Shown one piece after another: positions 1 through 8,639 of a stretch of 64,000 bases of DNA (positions are counted from its first letter, which is position 1; each line of letters opens with the position of its first letter). A program made the translations under genes and the position numbers. The notes beneath the pieces are model-generated. The model searched no databases. It saw only the letters and a list, made by a program, of their open reading frames with translations, and was not told the origin of the DNA. The stretch is from contig OZ220707.1 of the NCBI GenBank assembly GCA_965116685.1, positions 1,446,566 to 1,510,565 on the forward strand, in the 5' to 3' direction. The DNA is from Rhodothermales bacterium. Its GTDB lineage: Bacteria > Bacteroidota > Rhodothermia > Rhodothermales > Bin80.

Positions 1-583
1 TGGAGGCGGATCGATGACGTCGCTTGCCATTTACCAATACAATCACATTATCGGTGGGGAGGCCACGCATCGTAGCTGGACGCACAATGGCAGCTTCATC
101 ACCCGTATAGCTCTGAAGATTATACGATGGGATCTGCGAGCGCAGGATCTGGTCTACGTCTGTCGTCGCCAATGATTGCAGATCCGAAACTCCCAGTACA
201 TCAACCGGAACTGCAGAATCTTTCAATAGCCTAGGCTGGCGTCGCGAGCCCACAATGACAACTTCATCCAAACCGAAGATCGCCGGCATCAGGATGACAT
301 TGAAATCTTCTGTATCTGAATACAGAACCAGTTCCTGCGTTTGATATCCGATGAATCGGAATACAAGCGTCGCATCGGAAATCGGAACCTGAAGCGTATA
401 GCTTCCATCAAGGGCTGTTGTGGTTCCGAGTGTGGTCCCACGAACCGCAATGGTCACTCCGGGCAGAGGGGTAGCGGTCTCCCCATCAGTAACCGTACCT
501 CGAATGGTTACCTGTGCGCTTGCAACAGATGCCGTACAAAGAAATGCGAATGGCAAAATGATAAAATACCTTGCCGTTTTCAT
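1..583 (-). CDS. TonB-dependent receptor, N-terminal part (gene continues beyond window start)
   Basis: Absent from the ORF track because it is open at the window edge. The reverse complement from ATG (complement of 581..583) reads MKTARYFIILPFAFLCTASVASAQVTIRGTVTDGETATPLPGVTIAVRGTTLGTTTALDGSYTLQVPISDATLVFRFIGYQTQELV...DEVVIVGSRRQ...AIVRPATMRGLPTDNVIVLVNGKRRH. This gives a signal peptide, a CarboxypepD_reg-like domain and the start of a plug domain. Confidence 0.8.
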   Translation of the reverse strand, partial: MKTARYFIILPFAFLCTASVASAQVTIRGTVTDGETATPLPGVTIAVRGTTLGTTTALDGSYTLQVPISDATLVFRFIGYQTQELVLYSDTEDFNVILMPAIFGLDEVVIVGSRRQPRLLKDSAVPVDVLGVSDLQSLATTDVDQILRSQIPSYNLQSYTGDEAAIVRPATMRGLPTDNVIVLVNGKRRHRSAS

Positions 584-783
584 GATGTCTTTTCGTCAAG
601 TGCCGATTCAGTATTCCCTTGGCGAGATTAATACTATCTGTTCTGCGGGTTTTGTCCACGCCCAGATATTGGTTGGAAAGGGGCCTGACCTGAGGTTCCA
701 AGATAACGATTTACGGGTTCATGATAGTGCTTGAGCCTGTCAACCAAGGCTCTCAACTGTGAATCGTTGGGGCTAAGCTTGAC

Positions 784-825
784 CCAAGTTCGCCATTTCG
801 TAGTGTTATGAAATGGCGAACTTGG
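784..825. repeat. Perfect 16-bp inverted repeat (stem-loop, 10-nt loop)
   Basis: CCAAGTTCGCCATTTC (784..799) is the exact reverse complement of GAAATGGCGAACTTGG (810..825). It lies in the 319-bp gap between the DUF4249 remnant and the TBDR start. No U-tract follows on either strand. Confidence 0.85.
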
Positions 826-902
826 ACTGAGTAATGCAGACTCAGCAATTAAGCCTTGGAAGTGCTTACTCTGTTGGAGATGGAGGATAGAATGGAATAA
901 GC

Positions 903-1607
903 TTAAGAGCAGACCGTACTCTCGCCCCACGTATTTCCTTCACGATCAATTCGGTATGCATGGTTGGTGTATCCTGCAAAGATACCCAGCCCCCCTGTTA
1001 CGTTAGAAAAAATCTCAACAGGATTTGAGAATATTGGATCGGGCTTGAAGAGATACAGGTCTTGGATGAGCACTGTGCGGTCAAATTGTATCCACTCTTC
1101 ACTCATTCCCGAGACCACCATCATAAAATGCGGCTCGGTCGAGATGCTGTCAGGAGCAGAGGCAAAGATGATCTCTATTTCCCGCTCAGCATTTTCAAAC
1201 AGTCTATCTGAGAATACCGCAGCATAAAAGTCTTGTGAGGCACTGGATGTAGGATCAATTGGTTCATCTAACTCATCCGAGCTGTAAAACAAAGCAGGAT
1301 CCGAACTGTGATAATACAGAAGTTCATATACCGGCTTATTTATCGAACTATCCTTGGCTCCTTGTGCGGGGGTATCGTTGCAGTTGTTATTCAACTGGAA
1401 GAGAGTCACTTGATAGTACGATTTTCCAAGAAGATCCTGTACCTTGAATCGCATGCGAAACCCGGCATTGTCACCTGTTTCAATATTCAAAGACTCAATA
1501 CTCACGAACTCTGAGCTCAGCGGAGGAGCCTGGGAGACAGCTTGAGCAGTACTCAATTCGGGATGCTCTACTTTTATGGAATAATTCTCTCCGACCTTAG
1601 CAGGCAT
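903..1607 (-). CDS. DUF4249 family protein, N-terminally truncated relative to its paralog (possible remnant)
   Basis: The C-terminal motif NVTGGLGIFAGYTNHAY matches NVIGGLGVFAGYTNTN of the paralog at 6741..7679. The first roughly 90 aa, including the lipoprotein signal, are missing. An in-frame TAA lies 4 codons upstream of the ATG. With the IS removed, only 28 nt separate it from the divergent gene at 3046. Confidence 0.6.
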   Translation of the reverse strand: MPAKVGENYSIKVEHPELSTAQAVSQAPPLSSEFVSIESLNIETGDNAGFRMRFKVQDLLGKSYYQVTLFQLNNNCNDTPAQGAKDSSINKPVYELLYYHSSDPALFYSSDELDEPIDPTSSASQDFYAAVFSDRLFENAEREIEIIFASAPDSISTEPHFMMVVSGMSEEWIQFDRTVLIQDLYLFKPDPIFSNPVEIFSNVTGGLGIFAGYTNHAYRIDREGNTWGESTVCS

Positions 1608-1614
1608 TCCCTTT

Positions 1615-1622
1615 AATTAACC
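1615..1622. repeat. 8-bp target-site duplication AATTAACC (flank of ISL3 copy A)
   Basis: Identical 8-mers directly abut both IS ends (1615..1622 and 3025..3032). Confidence 0.9.
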
Positions 1623-3024
1623 GGCTCTTCGCTTTTACGTGTGGGTAGTATGATTTTGGAAGCCTACTGGATACAAATCCAGTCCGCCGAGATAGAAGTA
1701 GATTGCATTGGTAAACCGCTGTTTGTTTCGGAATCCACGAGCACGAATTTTGACGGATTTGATGCGACTGTTGATGCTCTCGGCGGGGCCATTGCTGACC
1801 TTTAAGACCACTGCATTGATAATCCCCCACAAATGATTCTTGATGGTTTTCGCCGCTTTTTTCATCGGTTCCAGTTGGCAACGCATGGCCCAGGACAGCC
1901 ATCGTTTCCATCCTTTGAGTGCCCATGTGGGATGGACATAATGCCATAACTTCTGGGACAATTCCTTGATGGCCCACGCACGAGCTGTTTTCAGCGAACT
2001 GGTCTTTAACTGGTTGAATCGTTTCTTTTGCCGCGTCGACATATTCTTCGGATTGGTCAGCCAATCATACTTGGTTCCAGTGAGATCGTAGATTTCTTCT
2101 TTCCGCAATTCCCGGTTCTCCTGCCGACGGACTTTATCCACGGCATCTCCAATGTATTTGGCCACATGAAAACGATCAAATGCAATCTTTTTATCCGCGC
2201 CGGGAACCCACAATTTCGTGGCACTGATATACGCGGGCCACATATCCATACTGACGCTTTCAATGGCGTCCAACTGCTCCGCAGAACGTCCACCATAATA
2301 CCCGTTCAAACTGGCCATTGTCCGACCCTCCCCGACATACAGCACGGTGGCCGTGTCTGGATTGGACACCACAGTAATGTAATTGTGCCCTTTCTTATAA
2401 GAGGTCTCATCGACACAGATATGGGCAATGGGTTCGTCTTTTCTGCGGTCCAGTCCCCGATTTACCGCACGCTCCATAATGTTGGCAATCATCGTCCAAC
2501 TGACTCCCATCCTGGAGGCCACCGTTGAAATACTGGTGGTATCCAGCAACCAGTGAATGACCTTCGCTTCAAATGCCGTCGTAAAACGCACGCGCTCATC
2601 CGCCCAGGGCACCGAAACCGTCTTGATTCCATGCTCCGAACACTCCACCCGAGGAACTTTCGCAACCACACTCGTCTGATACTCGCAGATATCCGTATGA
2701 CGCCATTTCCGAAGACGATGGTCGTAGCCAGGACAAACTTTGTTACATTCAGGACAGCGAAGTACCGAACCCTCCGAACAAATCACATGGATCTCAGCCA
2801 GCTGCGTTGCATCATCTTGCTTGATCTCCGAGACTTCCCACGGAGACTGAATCCCTAACAATCGATTGATATCTTGAATACGTACACTCATGGTGAATGA
2901 AATATTTGATTTGAACTCCAAAAACAGACCCAAAATAAATAAAGAAATCCATTCCGAATCTATTCAATCGCATCGTGGTTCATCTCAGTTCTGACTCCGA
3001 ACCCACTTAAAAAGGGGAAGCCCC
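1623..3024 (-). mobile_element. ISL3-family insertion sequence, copy A (1402 bp)
   Basis: It has imperfect terminal inverted repeats (GGCTCTTCGCTTTTACGTGTGGG at one end, GGGGCTTCCCCTTTTTAAGTGGG at the other), a single transposase ORF and an 8-bp TSD. It has the same length as copy B, and every ORF translation in every frame matches copy B. Confidence 0.93.
1635..2891 (-). CDS. ISL3 family transposase
   Basis: The zf-ISL3-like CPECNKVCPGYDHRLRKWRH...ECSEHG segment and the DDE region with the C-terminal NGPAESINSRIKSVKIRARGFRN motif are typical of ISL3. The maximal ORF reaches 2933 (TTG); the ATG at 2891 (MSVRIQD) is the more likely start. Confidence 0.93.
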   Translation of the reverse strand: MSVRIQDINRLLGIQSPWEVSEIKQDDATQLAEIHVICSEGSVLRCPECNKVCPGYDHRLRKWRHTDICEYQTSVVAKVPRVECSEHGIKTVSVPWADERVRFTTAFEAKVIHWLLDTTSISTVASRMGVSWTMIANIMERAVNRGLDRRKDEPIAHICVDETSYKKGHNYITVVSNPDTATVLYVGEGRTMASLNGYYGGRSAEQLDAIESVSMDMWPAYISATKLWVPGADKKIAFDRFHVAKYIGDAVDKVRRQENRELRKEEIYDLTGTKYDWLTNPKNMSTRQKKRFNQLKTSSLKTARAWAIKELSQKLWHYVHPTWALKGWKRWLSWAMRCQLEPMKKAAKTIKNHLWGIINAVVLKVSNGPAESINSRIKSVKIRARGFRNKQRFTNAIYFYLGGLDLYPVGFQNHTTHT

Positions 3025-3032
3025 AATTAACC
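3025..3032. repeat. 8-bp target-site duplication AATTAACC (flank of ISL3 copy A)
   Basis: Partner of 1615..1622. Confidence 0.9.
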
Positions 3033-3045
3033 AAACCAGAGACCG

Positions 3046-4110
3046 ATGAAAAACATCAAACTTCCAGTTCTATCAGCAATCCTACTTTGCTCAGTTGTGC
3101 ATTTTGGTTGCGATACCGGTTCCGACTTGTTTCTCGAGAAAGAAGAGAATGAAGAAATGGAATACGAGTATGTGGAAGTGGATTTAGCATTAATGGCCAA
3201 ACTAGGCCAGATGACCGATACGGATGCTGTTGGAGGAGAACCTTAAATAGAGTTTTTCGATGATCAAGAACCGATCAAGCGATTTTGGTCCTACGAGGAT
3301 TATTACATCTCCGCCGATTTGATCTTTGAAAAATCTCGCTTAACCGGTGAGCCTATCCTAATCCATCAGTCTCTCCAGCGATATCTTGAGTACAAACAAC
3401 TCATTCCGCCCGAGGAGTTGGCACTGGTGAATTATGAAGGGCGCCTTATTATTGGAGATACTCTCTACACTCTTGCGGGCACTTCTTATATGAAGCAATA
3501 TGTAGATGACCCGGTTGCTGGAGTAATTGATCTTTCCGTTTTTGATCCTTCCCGGGAAATGAAAGACTATCTCTCGAGACTTTTAGAGGATCAAGGAGTA
3601 TCGCGATTGACCGATGCGTTGATTTCACACAAATCTGCAAATCCCTCTTGTGGCAAGCCCAGTGATTTTGGATTCGCTGGTGGAACTAATCCTGCACGAT
3701 CCGTCAGGTACACTGATATGTGTGCTTGGGATTTTAACTATCCGAGTATAAAAGCAAATCCGGGTGATACTGAGTTCACCTCCAATTCTCCAGGAGCTGT
3801 CGTGATGTGGAACACATCTTACACAACATGGACAAGAGCTCGGCGAGGAATTGCGAATACCCGGTTCTTCAAATACAGAAATTCCAATGGTGGGTACTTC
3901 TTAGACTATGTGAGTAGCGCCGATCTACCCGCGGGACAAACCGTGTCAGTAAGTGTAACAGTAATTACCTCGAGGGGTCGGAGTAGTGGACATGGCACAT
4001 TATCAACATGGGCTAGCAAAAGGAGAATGAGGGGAAGGGGTACTAGAAGTACACATTCTGCCTCTTTGGGCGGAGTTTCTGGATTACCAACTTACCAGAC
4101 GGTAGACTAG
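3046..4110 (+). pseudogene. Lipoprotein gene of unknown function interrupted by one in-frame TAA (3244..3246)
   Basis: ORFs 3046..3246 (lipobox LLCSVVHFGC) and 3319..4110 share a frame. The only stop between them is TAA at 3244..3246, and the codons from 3247 on read IEFFDDQEPIKRFWSYEDYYISADL without a stop. The downstream ORF has no ATG near its 5' end. Confidence 0.6.
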
Positions 4111-4243
4111 TTATTACTAACAGCATCTGCATAGGCCTTTGGGGCAAGACAGTAACTGTTCCTGTAGGGATTTTTAGAGATCCCCTCGTGCCGGGCTATT
4201 ACCGGAAACCCAGTTTGATCTGCCAAGGTGTAGTAATCCGAGT

Positions 4244-6730
4244 ATGTTTATGTTCAGATGTTTCTCAGCCGTAGTCTATTGTATCCTTCTGGTTTGCTGG
4301 TCTCAGGAAACCAATGCCAACCATTTGCTGATCAAAGCAACTGCGAGCGAGATATTGATTGACCAGCAACTTGAACAGAATAACGAACAAGACAGATATG
4401 TAATTAGTGGATTTGTGGTAGATGTCGAGAGTACTGAAAGTTTAGTCGGAGCAACCGTTCATGCGCCAGATATAGGCATTGGGACAACGACCAACCGCTA
4501 TGGGTTTTTTAGTCTCTCAGTTCCTGCGGATTCCGTGCGTCTTGTCGTCTCCCATGTTGGCTACCTCCCCCTTACGCTGAACCAGACACTGACAGAAGAC
4601 CTTCGGTTGAACATTGAATTAAACCCTGAGTCCACCAGGCTTGGTGAGGTGGAAGTCATTGCAGTCGGGGAATCATCAGTGGAAGCCGTTCAGATGAGTC
4701 AAATCAAATTGCACGTCGGAACCATTCGGGCACTCCCTGTTTTGGCAGGAGAGACAGACGTTTTTAAGACGCTTCAGTTACTCCCTGGGGTCCAGTCGGG
4801 CCGAGAAGGGACTTCAGGCTTGTATGTTCGTGGAGGCAGTCCTGACCAGAATTTGGTCTTGCTGGACGGAGTCACGGTGTACAATCCCAGTCACCTGTAT
4901 GGTTTTCTCAGTGTATTCAACAGTGATGCGATTAAGGATGTGACGTTGATCAAGGGGGGAATCCCAGCCCGTTACGGAGGCCGTTTATCTTCGGTGGTTG
5001 ATTTGACCATGGAAGAGGGGAATATGAAAGAGTTTGAAGGAACGGCATCCGTGGGAATTGTCGCTTCAAGTTTCACCTTTCAGGGACCGATCAAAAAGGA
5101 TAGAGCTTCATTTATTGTCGCCGCAAGGCGAACCTATCTGGATTTATTGGTGTACCCTTTCCTTCCTGAAAATCAGAAAGCCGGGTATTACTTTTATGAT
5201 ACTAGTGCAAAGATCAACTACATCACTTCTAGCAAAGATCGAGTCTATCTGAGTTTTTATGCTGGACATGATCGTGGTTATCGGCGAGAGGGTCGCAATC
5301 AAGAGTTCGGCAACGAACAACGTCGTAAGCGTGAAAATTTTGGATGGCGTAACCTGACAGCTACCGCGCGTTGGAATCGAGTATGGGGGGCGCAATTCTT
5401 TTCCAACGCATTGCTGGGATATACACGCTATCGGACCGGAATACGAAATCAAGAAGAGGTCAGGCAACTTGATGATGGCTCTGACATACTGCATTTCTAT
5501 CGTACTAGGTATGTGTCTGGAATTACTGATATTATCGGTCAGATGGATTTTGATTGGATACCGAACCCCGCCCATTACATAAGATTCGGCGCGGGAGGCA
5601 CTGTACATACATACAACACAGGGGTGCTTTCAGAGCGGGAGTTCGGTGTTGATATTACTCCAGTAGATACGGTGTATCATCCAGATCATCGGATCAGAGC
5701 GATTCAGGTACATACTTACGTTGAAGATGAAGTCAAGCTATTCTCAAGTTTATCCGTGAATGCTGGAGTTCGAGCTTCAGGTTTTTTCGTCAAAGACCGG
5801 AAATATTACTCTCTTCAGCCCAGATTCAATGTTCGGTGGAAATTCGCGGCAAATTTGGCCCTCAAGACATCGTTTGCCGTACTGAAACAGAATTCACATT
5901 TGTTGCCCGTTGCGAATGGCCTGTCCCTTCCCTTGGATTTGTGGGTTCCTGCAACGGATCAAGTATACCCCCAGAATGCGACTCAAGTGGCCTCTGGCTT
6001 TGCATGGAATTCTCCCGGAAAAACATACGAAGTTACGGTTGAAAGCTTCTACAAATGGATGAATTCCCAGATTGAGTATACAGAAGGTGCTCGAATTTAC
6101 AATTTATCAGGAGACTCCTGGCAGGATCAGATTGAGAGTGGAAAAGGCTGGTCGTATGGGGGAGAACTGTTTGTTCGAAAGAGTACTGGACGGGTCACGG
6201 GATGGATCGGATATAGTTTGACGAAGGCACGCCGAAAATTCCCCGCCCTCAACGGTGGGCGAACCTTTCCTTCCCGGTTTGACCGCTTGCATGATGTGTC
6301 GACGGTCGCCATCTGGCATTTAAGCCAGTCCATTGAGCTGTCCGCCGTCTGGGTCTATGGAACTGGCCAAGCGGTCTGGCTACCCGTTGGTCATTTCTAT
6401 GGATTTCGGCATGATCCAGTTGGAGCAGTGAAGCCTCTTACGCAAGACCATTCACGTTTATTACGGGTGTATGGTGATCGAAATTCGGTTCGAATGCGAG
6501 CTTATCATCGCCTTGATTTATCCATGAAAATGAACCGAATTCTACGGTGGGCCCATCGCACGTTCTCGTTTGGAGTCTATAATGCATACAGCAGACAGAA
6601 TCCTTTCCTTTTGCAAACGAAGAAAGTACGCGAACGCGATGAAGTGGGAGATGACTTGAATTATCTGGTATTTGAGCAAGTCAGCGCGTTCCCGGTCATC
6701 CCTTTCGTAAACTACAGACTTGAATTTTAA
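4244..6730 (+). CDS. TonB-dependent receptor (CarboxypepD_reg-like N-terminus, plug, beta-barrel)
   Basis: 828 aa. It has a signal peptide and ISGFVVDVESTESLVGATVHAPDIGIGTTTNRYGFFSLSVP (CarboxypepD_reg). Plug-type motifs are present (LPGVQSGREGTSGLYVRGGSPDQNLVLLDGVTVYNP). The C-terminus ends NYRLEF, the aromatic end typical of OM barrels. Confidence 0.92.
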   Translation: MFMFRCFSAVVYCILLVCWSQETNANHLLIKATASEILIDQQLEQNNEQDRYVISGFVVDVESTESLVGATVHAPDIGIGTTTNRYGFFSLSVPADSVRLVVSHVGYLPLTLNQTLTEDLRLNIELNPESTRLGEVEVIAVGESSVEAVQMSQIKLHVGTIRALPVLAGETDVFKTLQLLPGVQSGREGTSGLYVRGGSPDQNLVLLDGVTVYNPSHLYGFLSVFNSDAIKDVTLIKGGIPARYGGRLSSVVDLTMEEGNMKEFEGTASVGIVASSFTFQGPIKKDRASFIVAARRTYLDLLVYPFLPENQKAGYYFYDTSAKINYITSSKDRVYLSFYAGHDRGYRREGRNQEFGNEQRRKRENFGWRNLTATARWNRVWGAQFFSNALLGYTRYRTGIRNQEEVRQLDDGSDILHFYRTRYVSGITDIIGQMDFDWIPNPAHYIRFGAGGTVHTYNTGVLSEREFGVDITPVDTVYHPDHRIRAIQVHTYVEDEVKLFSSLSVNAGVRASGFFVKDRKYYSLQPRFNVRWKFAANLALKTSFAVLKQNSHLLPVANGLSLPLDLWVPATDQVYPQNATQVASGFAWNSPGKTYEVTVESFYKWMNSQIEYTEGARIYNLSGDSWQDQIESGKGWSYGGELFVRKSTGRVTGWIGYSLTKARRKFPALNGGRTFPSRFDRLHDVSTVAIWHLSQSIELSAVWVYGTGQAVWLPVGHFYGFRHDPVGAVKPLTQDHSRLLRVYGDRNSVRMRAYHRLDLSMKMNRILRWAHRTFSFGVYNAYSRQNPFLLQTKKVRERDEVGDDLNYLVFEQVSAFPVIPFVNYRLEF

Positions 6731-6740
6731 GAATTCATTG

Positions 6741-7679
6741 ATGAAATCTCCATTGCCTCTGCTGATTCTGCTTTATTTGGGTTGCGAGACGGTCGTTGAA
6801 GTGTCCCCCCCTGAATACGACTCAGAGCCGGTAGCTACAAGTTTCTTTTCCCCAGACAGTACATGGTCCGTCACAATGCATAGAAGTCTGGGCTCCGCCG
6901 TAAAGCAAGATGCAACACGCGAATACATTTCAGATGCATCAGTGAGGATCATGGATGGTTCCAGTACGGTTGATATCTTGAGTCACCAGGGAAATGGAAG
7001 ATATGTATCTAGTACTGGTGAATTACCTTCGTACGGAATCCAGTATACACTTCAAGTAGATTTTCCAAGCAAAGCCAGTATTCAAGCCACTTCTGCAGCT
7101 CCTTCTCCGGTCGTAATATCCGATTATTCAATTGAATATCTCGCACCTGAATTCGATATAGTTCCCGTAAGCAGATATCAACTCAGAATCGTTTTTTCAG
7201 ACATGCCGGGTATAAATTATTATAGAATAGGGGTTTACCGTCGTGAGCGGAACGGGTACAGATCTGGTGATACAGACCCTGATAGTGCATATAGAAGAAT
7301 ATCGTTTGATGGCTTAACTCCTGGATGGTCCTGCGGCTATTTCACCGATGTTGTTGATCCGATTGAAGGAGGAGGGGGTAGTGGTCTATTATGTGAAGAA
7401 TTTGTTGTGACAGACAGACTATTTGATGGGAAGAATTACTCGTGGAGTGGGACCACCCTTAACGTGCCAGACGAGATCGGAAGAAAAGAATTACAGCTCG
7501 TTATCTCGTCTCTCAGCGAAGATTACTACAAGTATCTTCACTCATTGGAACGCAATGTCTTCCACGATCCATTGACAGAAGAGCCATTTCCAGTGTACTC
7601 CAATGTGATCGGAGGTTTGGGTGTTTTTGCAGGATACACAAACACGAATCTTATTCTACCCATGCCCAGCGAAAATTGA
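6741..7679 (+). CDS. DUF4249 family lipoprotein (TBDR partner)
   Basis: It starts MKSPLPLLILLYLGC (lipobox) at ATG 6741 (the track start 6720 is TTG). The C-terminal motif is GGLGVFAGYTN. It lies immediately downstream of the TBDR and overlaps it. Confidence 0.85.
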   Translation: MKSPLPLLILLYLGCETVVEVSPPEYDSEPVATSFFSPDSTWSVTMHRSLGSAVKQDATREYISDASVRIMDGSSTVDILSHQGNGRYVSSTGELPSYGIQYTLQVDFPSKASIQATSAAPSPVVISDYSIEYLAPEFDIVPVSRYQLRIVFSDMPGINYYRIGVYRRERNGYRSGDTDPDSAYRRISFDGLTPGWSCGYFTDVVDPIEGGGGSGLLCEEFVVTDRLFDGKNYSWSGTTLNVPDEIGRKELQLVISSLSEDYYKYLHSLERNVFHDPLTEEPFPVYSNVIGGLGVFAGYTNTNLILPMPSEN

Positions 7680-7882
7680 AGTCTATCAGGATTTTTGTTG
7701 AATAATCACACCAAACCCTGTGGTGGCGGCTGGTGAATCCAGTGGGGCAGCGGGCTAGTCCTACCTGTTGTACGTATTTGTCTCTTAACATAATTGATTC
7801 TGCTTAGAATTCAGGCACTTCCCCATTTTTAGTGGAAAGATCCATTTCGGATTCCATCTGAAAGCACGAACAACTCAAAAAT

Positions 7883-8639
7883 ATGGTGGTAAGGGATTCA
7901 CAGGTTCCTAAGCGTATGACCCGTGTAATTCCCTTGATCCTTGTCCTTGCAGTTTCTCATACAACTGCTACACATGCACAATTTCTGGGATGCCCCCTGA
8001 TTGATCAGATCACGTTGGAGGACTGTCAGGTTCTGGAAAAACTCTTCTACGATACCGATGGATTTAACTGGCGGAATGTGCGCGGATGGCTTCGAACCAA
8101 TCAGCCATGTGACTGGTACGGGATTACTTGTCAATCTTCTGGCTGGCCCAGAGACATTATACATATTGATCTATCTGGAAACGACCTCACCGGTACACTT
8201 CCAGGGGATTTGGCTTTCCTTTCAGAACTGCGAATAATCCGCATTGATAATACCGGCCCAGGGGTCCGCCAGAAAAAACTGATCAATCAGATCCCGGCTA
8301 CGCTCGGAGATCTGGAACACCTGGAAGTTCTTATGCTCGGCAATAATGCCTTCACCGGTACGATCCCGCCAGAACTGGAAAACTTGACCAACCTTCGTGA
8401 ACTGAGCCTGGGAGACAATAAATTGGAGGGACCCGTACCCGAAAGATTTGGACAACTCACCGAACTGCAGCACCTTGATCTCAGTGGAAACAGCCTTGGC
8501 GGAGCGATCCCCGACTCCTTCCGTCACCTCATCAAACTTGAGCACCTGGATCTGAGTCAGAACCTCTTTAGCGGCACTCTTCCAACCTGGCTGGGAGATC
8601 TGAGCGCGCTCAAGTTTCTTGATGTCAGCAATAACATGT
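7883..8639 (+). pseudogene. Plant-type LRR, T9SS-sorted protein, 5' part (disrupted by ISL3 copy B)
   Basis: It has a signal peptide (MTRVIPLILVLAVSHTTATHAQ, likely start 7916) and a cap-like motif WRNVRGWLRTNQPCDWYGITC. This is followed by 24-residue repeats LxxLxxLxLxxNxLxGxIPxxL. The reading frame runs into the IS end at 8640. Confidence 0.88.
8632..8639. repeat. 8-bp target-site duplication TAACATGT (flank of ISL3 copy B)
   Basis: Identical 8-mers sit at 8632..8639 and 10042..10049, directly abutting the IS ends. Confidence 0.9.

Noticed and set aside
634-930. 98-aa ORF in the TBDR leader region, and other small ORFs at 341..734.
   Set aside because: The small ORFs at 341..734 are antisense to, or out of frame with, the clear TBDR N-terminus. 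The 634..930 ORF spans the 16-bp palindrome. None has a coding-like composition.
1597-2528. Additional ORFs inside the IS (1597..2064, 2028..2528, mirrored at 9136..9636 and 9600..10076).
   Set aside because: They overlap the transposase gene in other frames or on the other strand. They have no recognisable motifs and a low-complexity, Arg/Pro-rich composition typical of shadow ORFs.
3025-8639. IS-mediated inversion of the segment between the two IS copies, as an explanation for the truncated DUF4249 gene.
   Set aside because: An inversion by recombination between the copies would exchange the TSD partners. Both copies still have matched TSDs.
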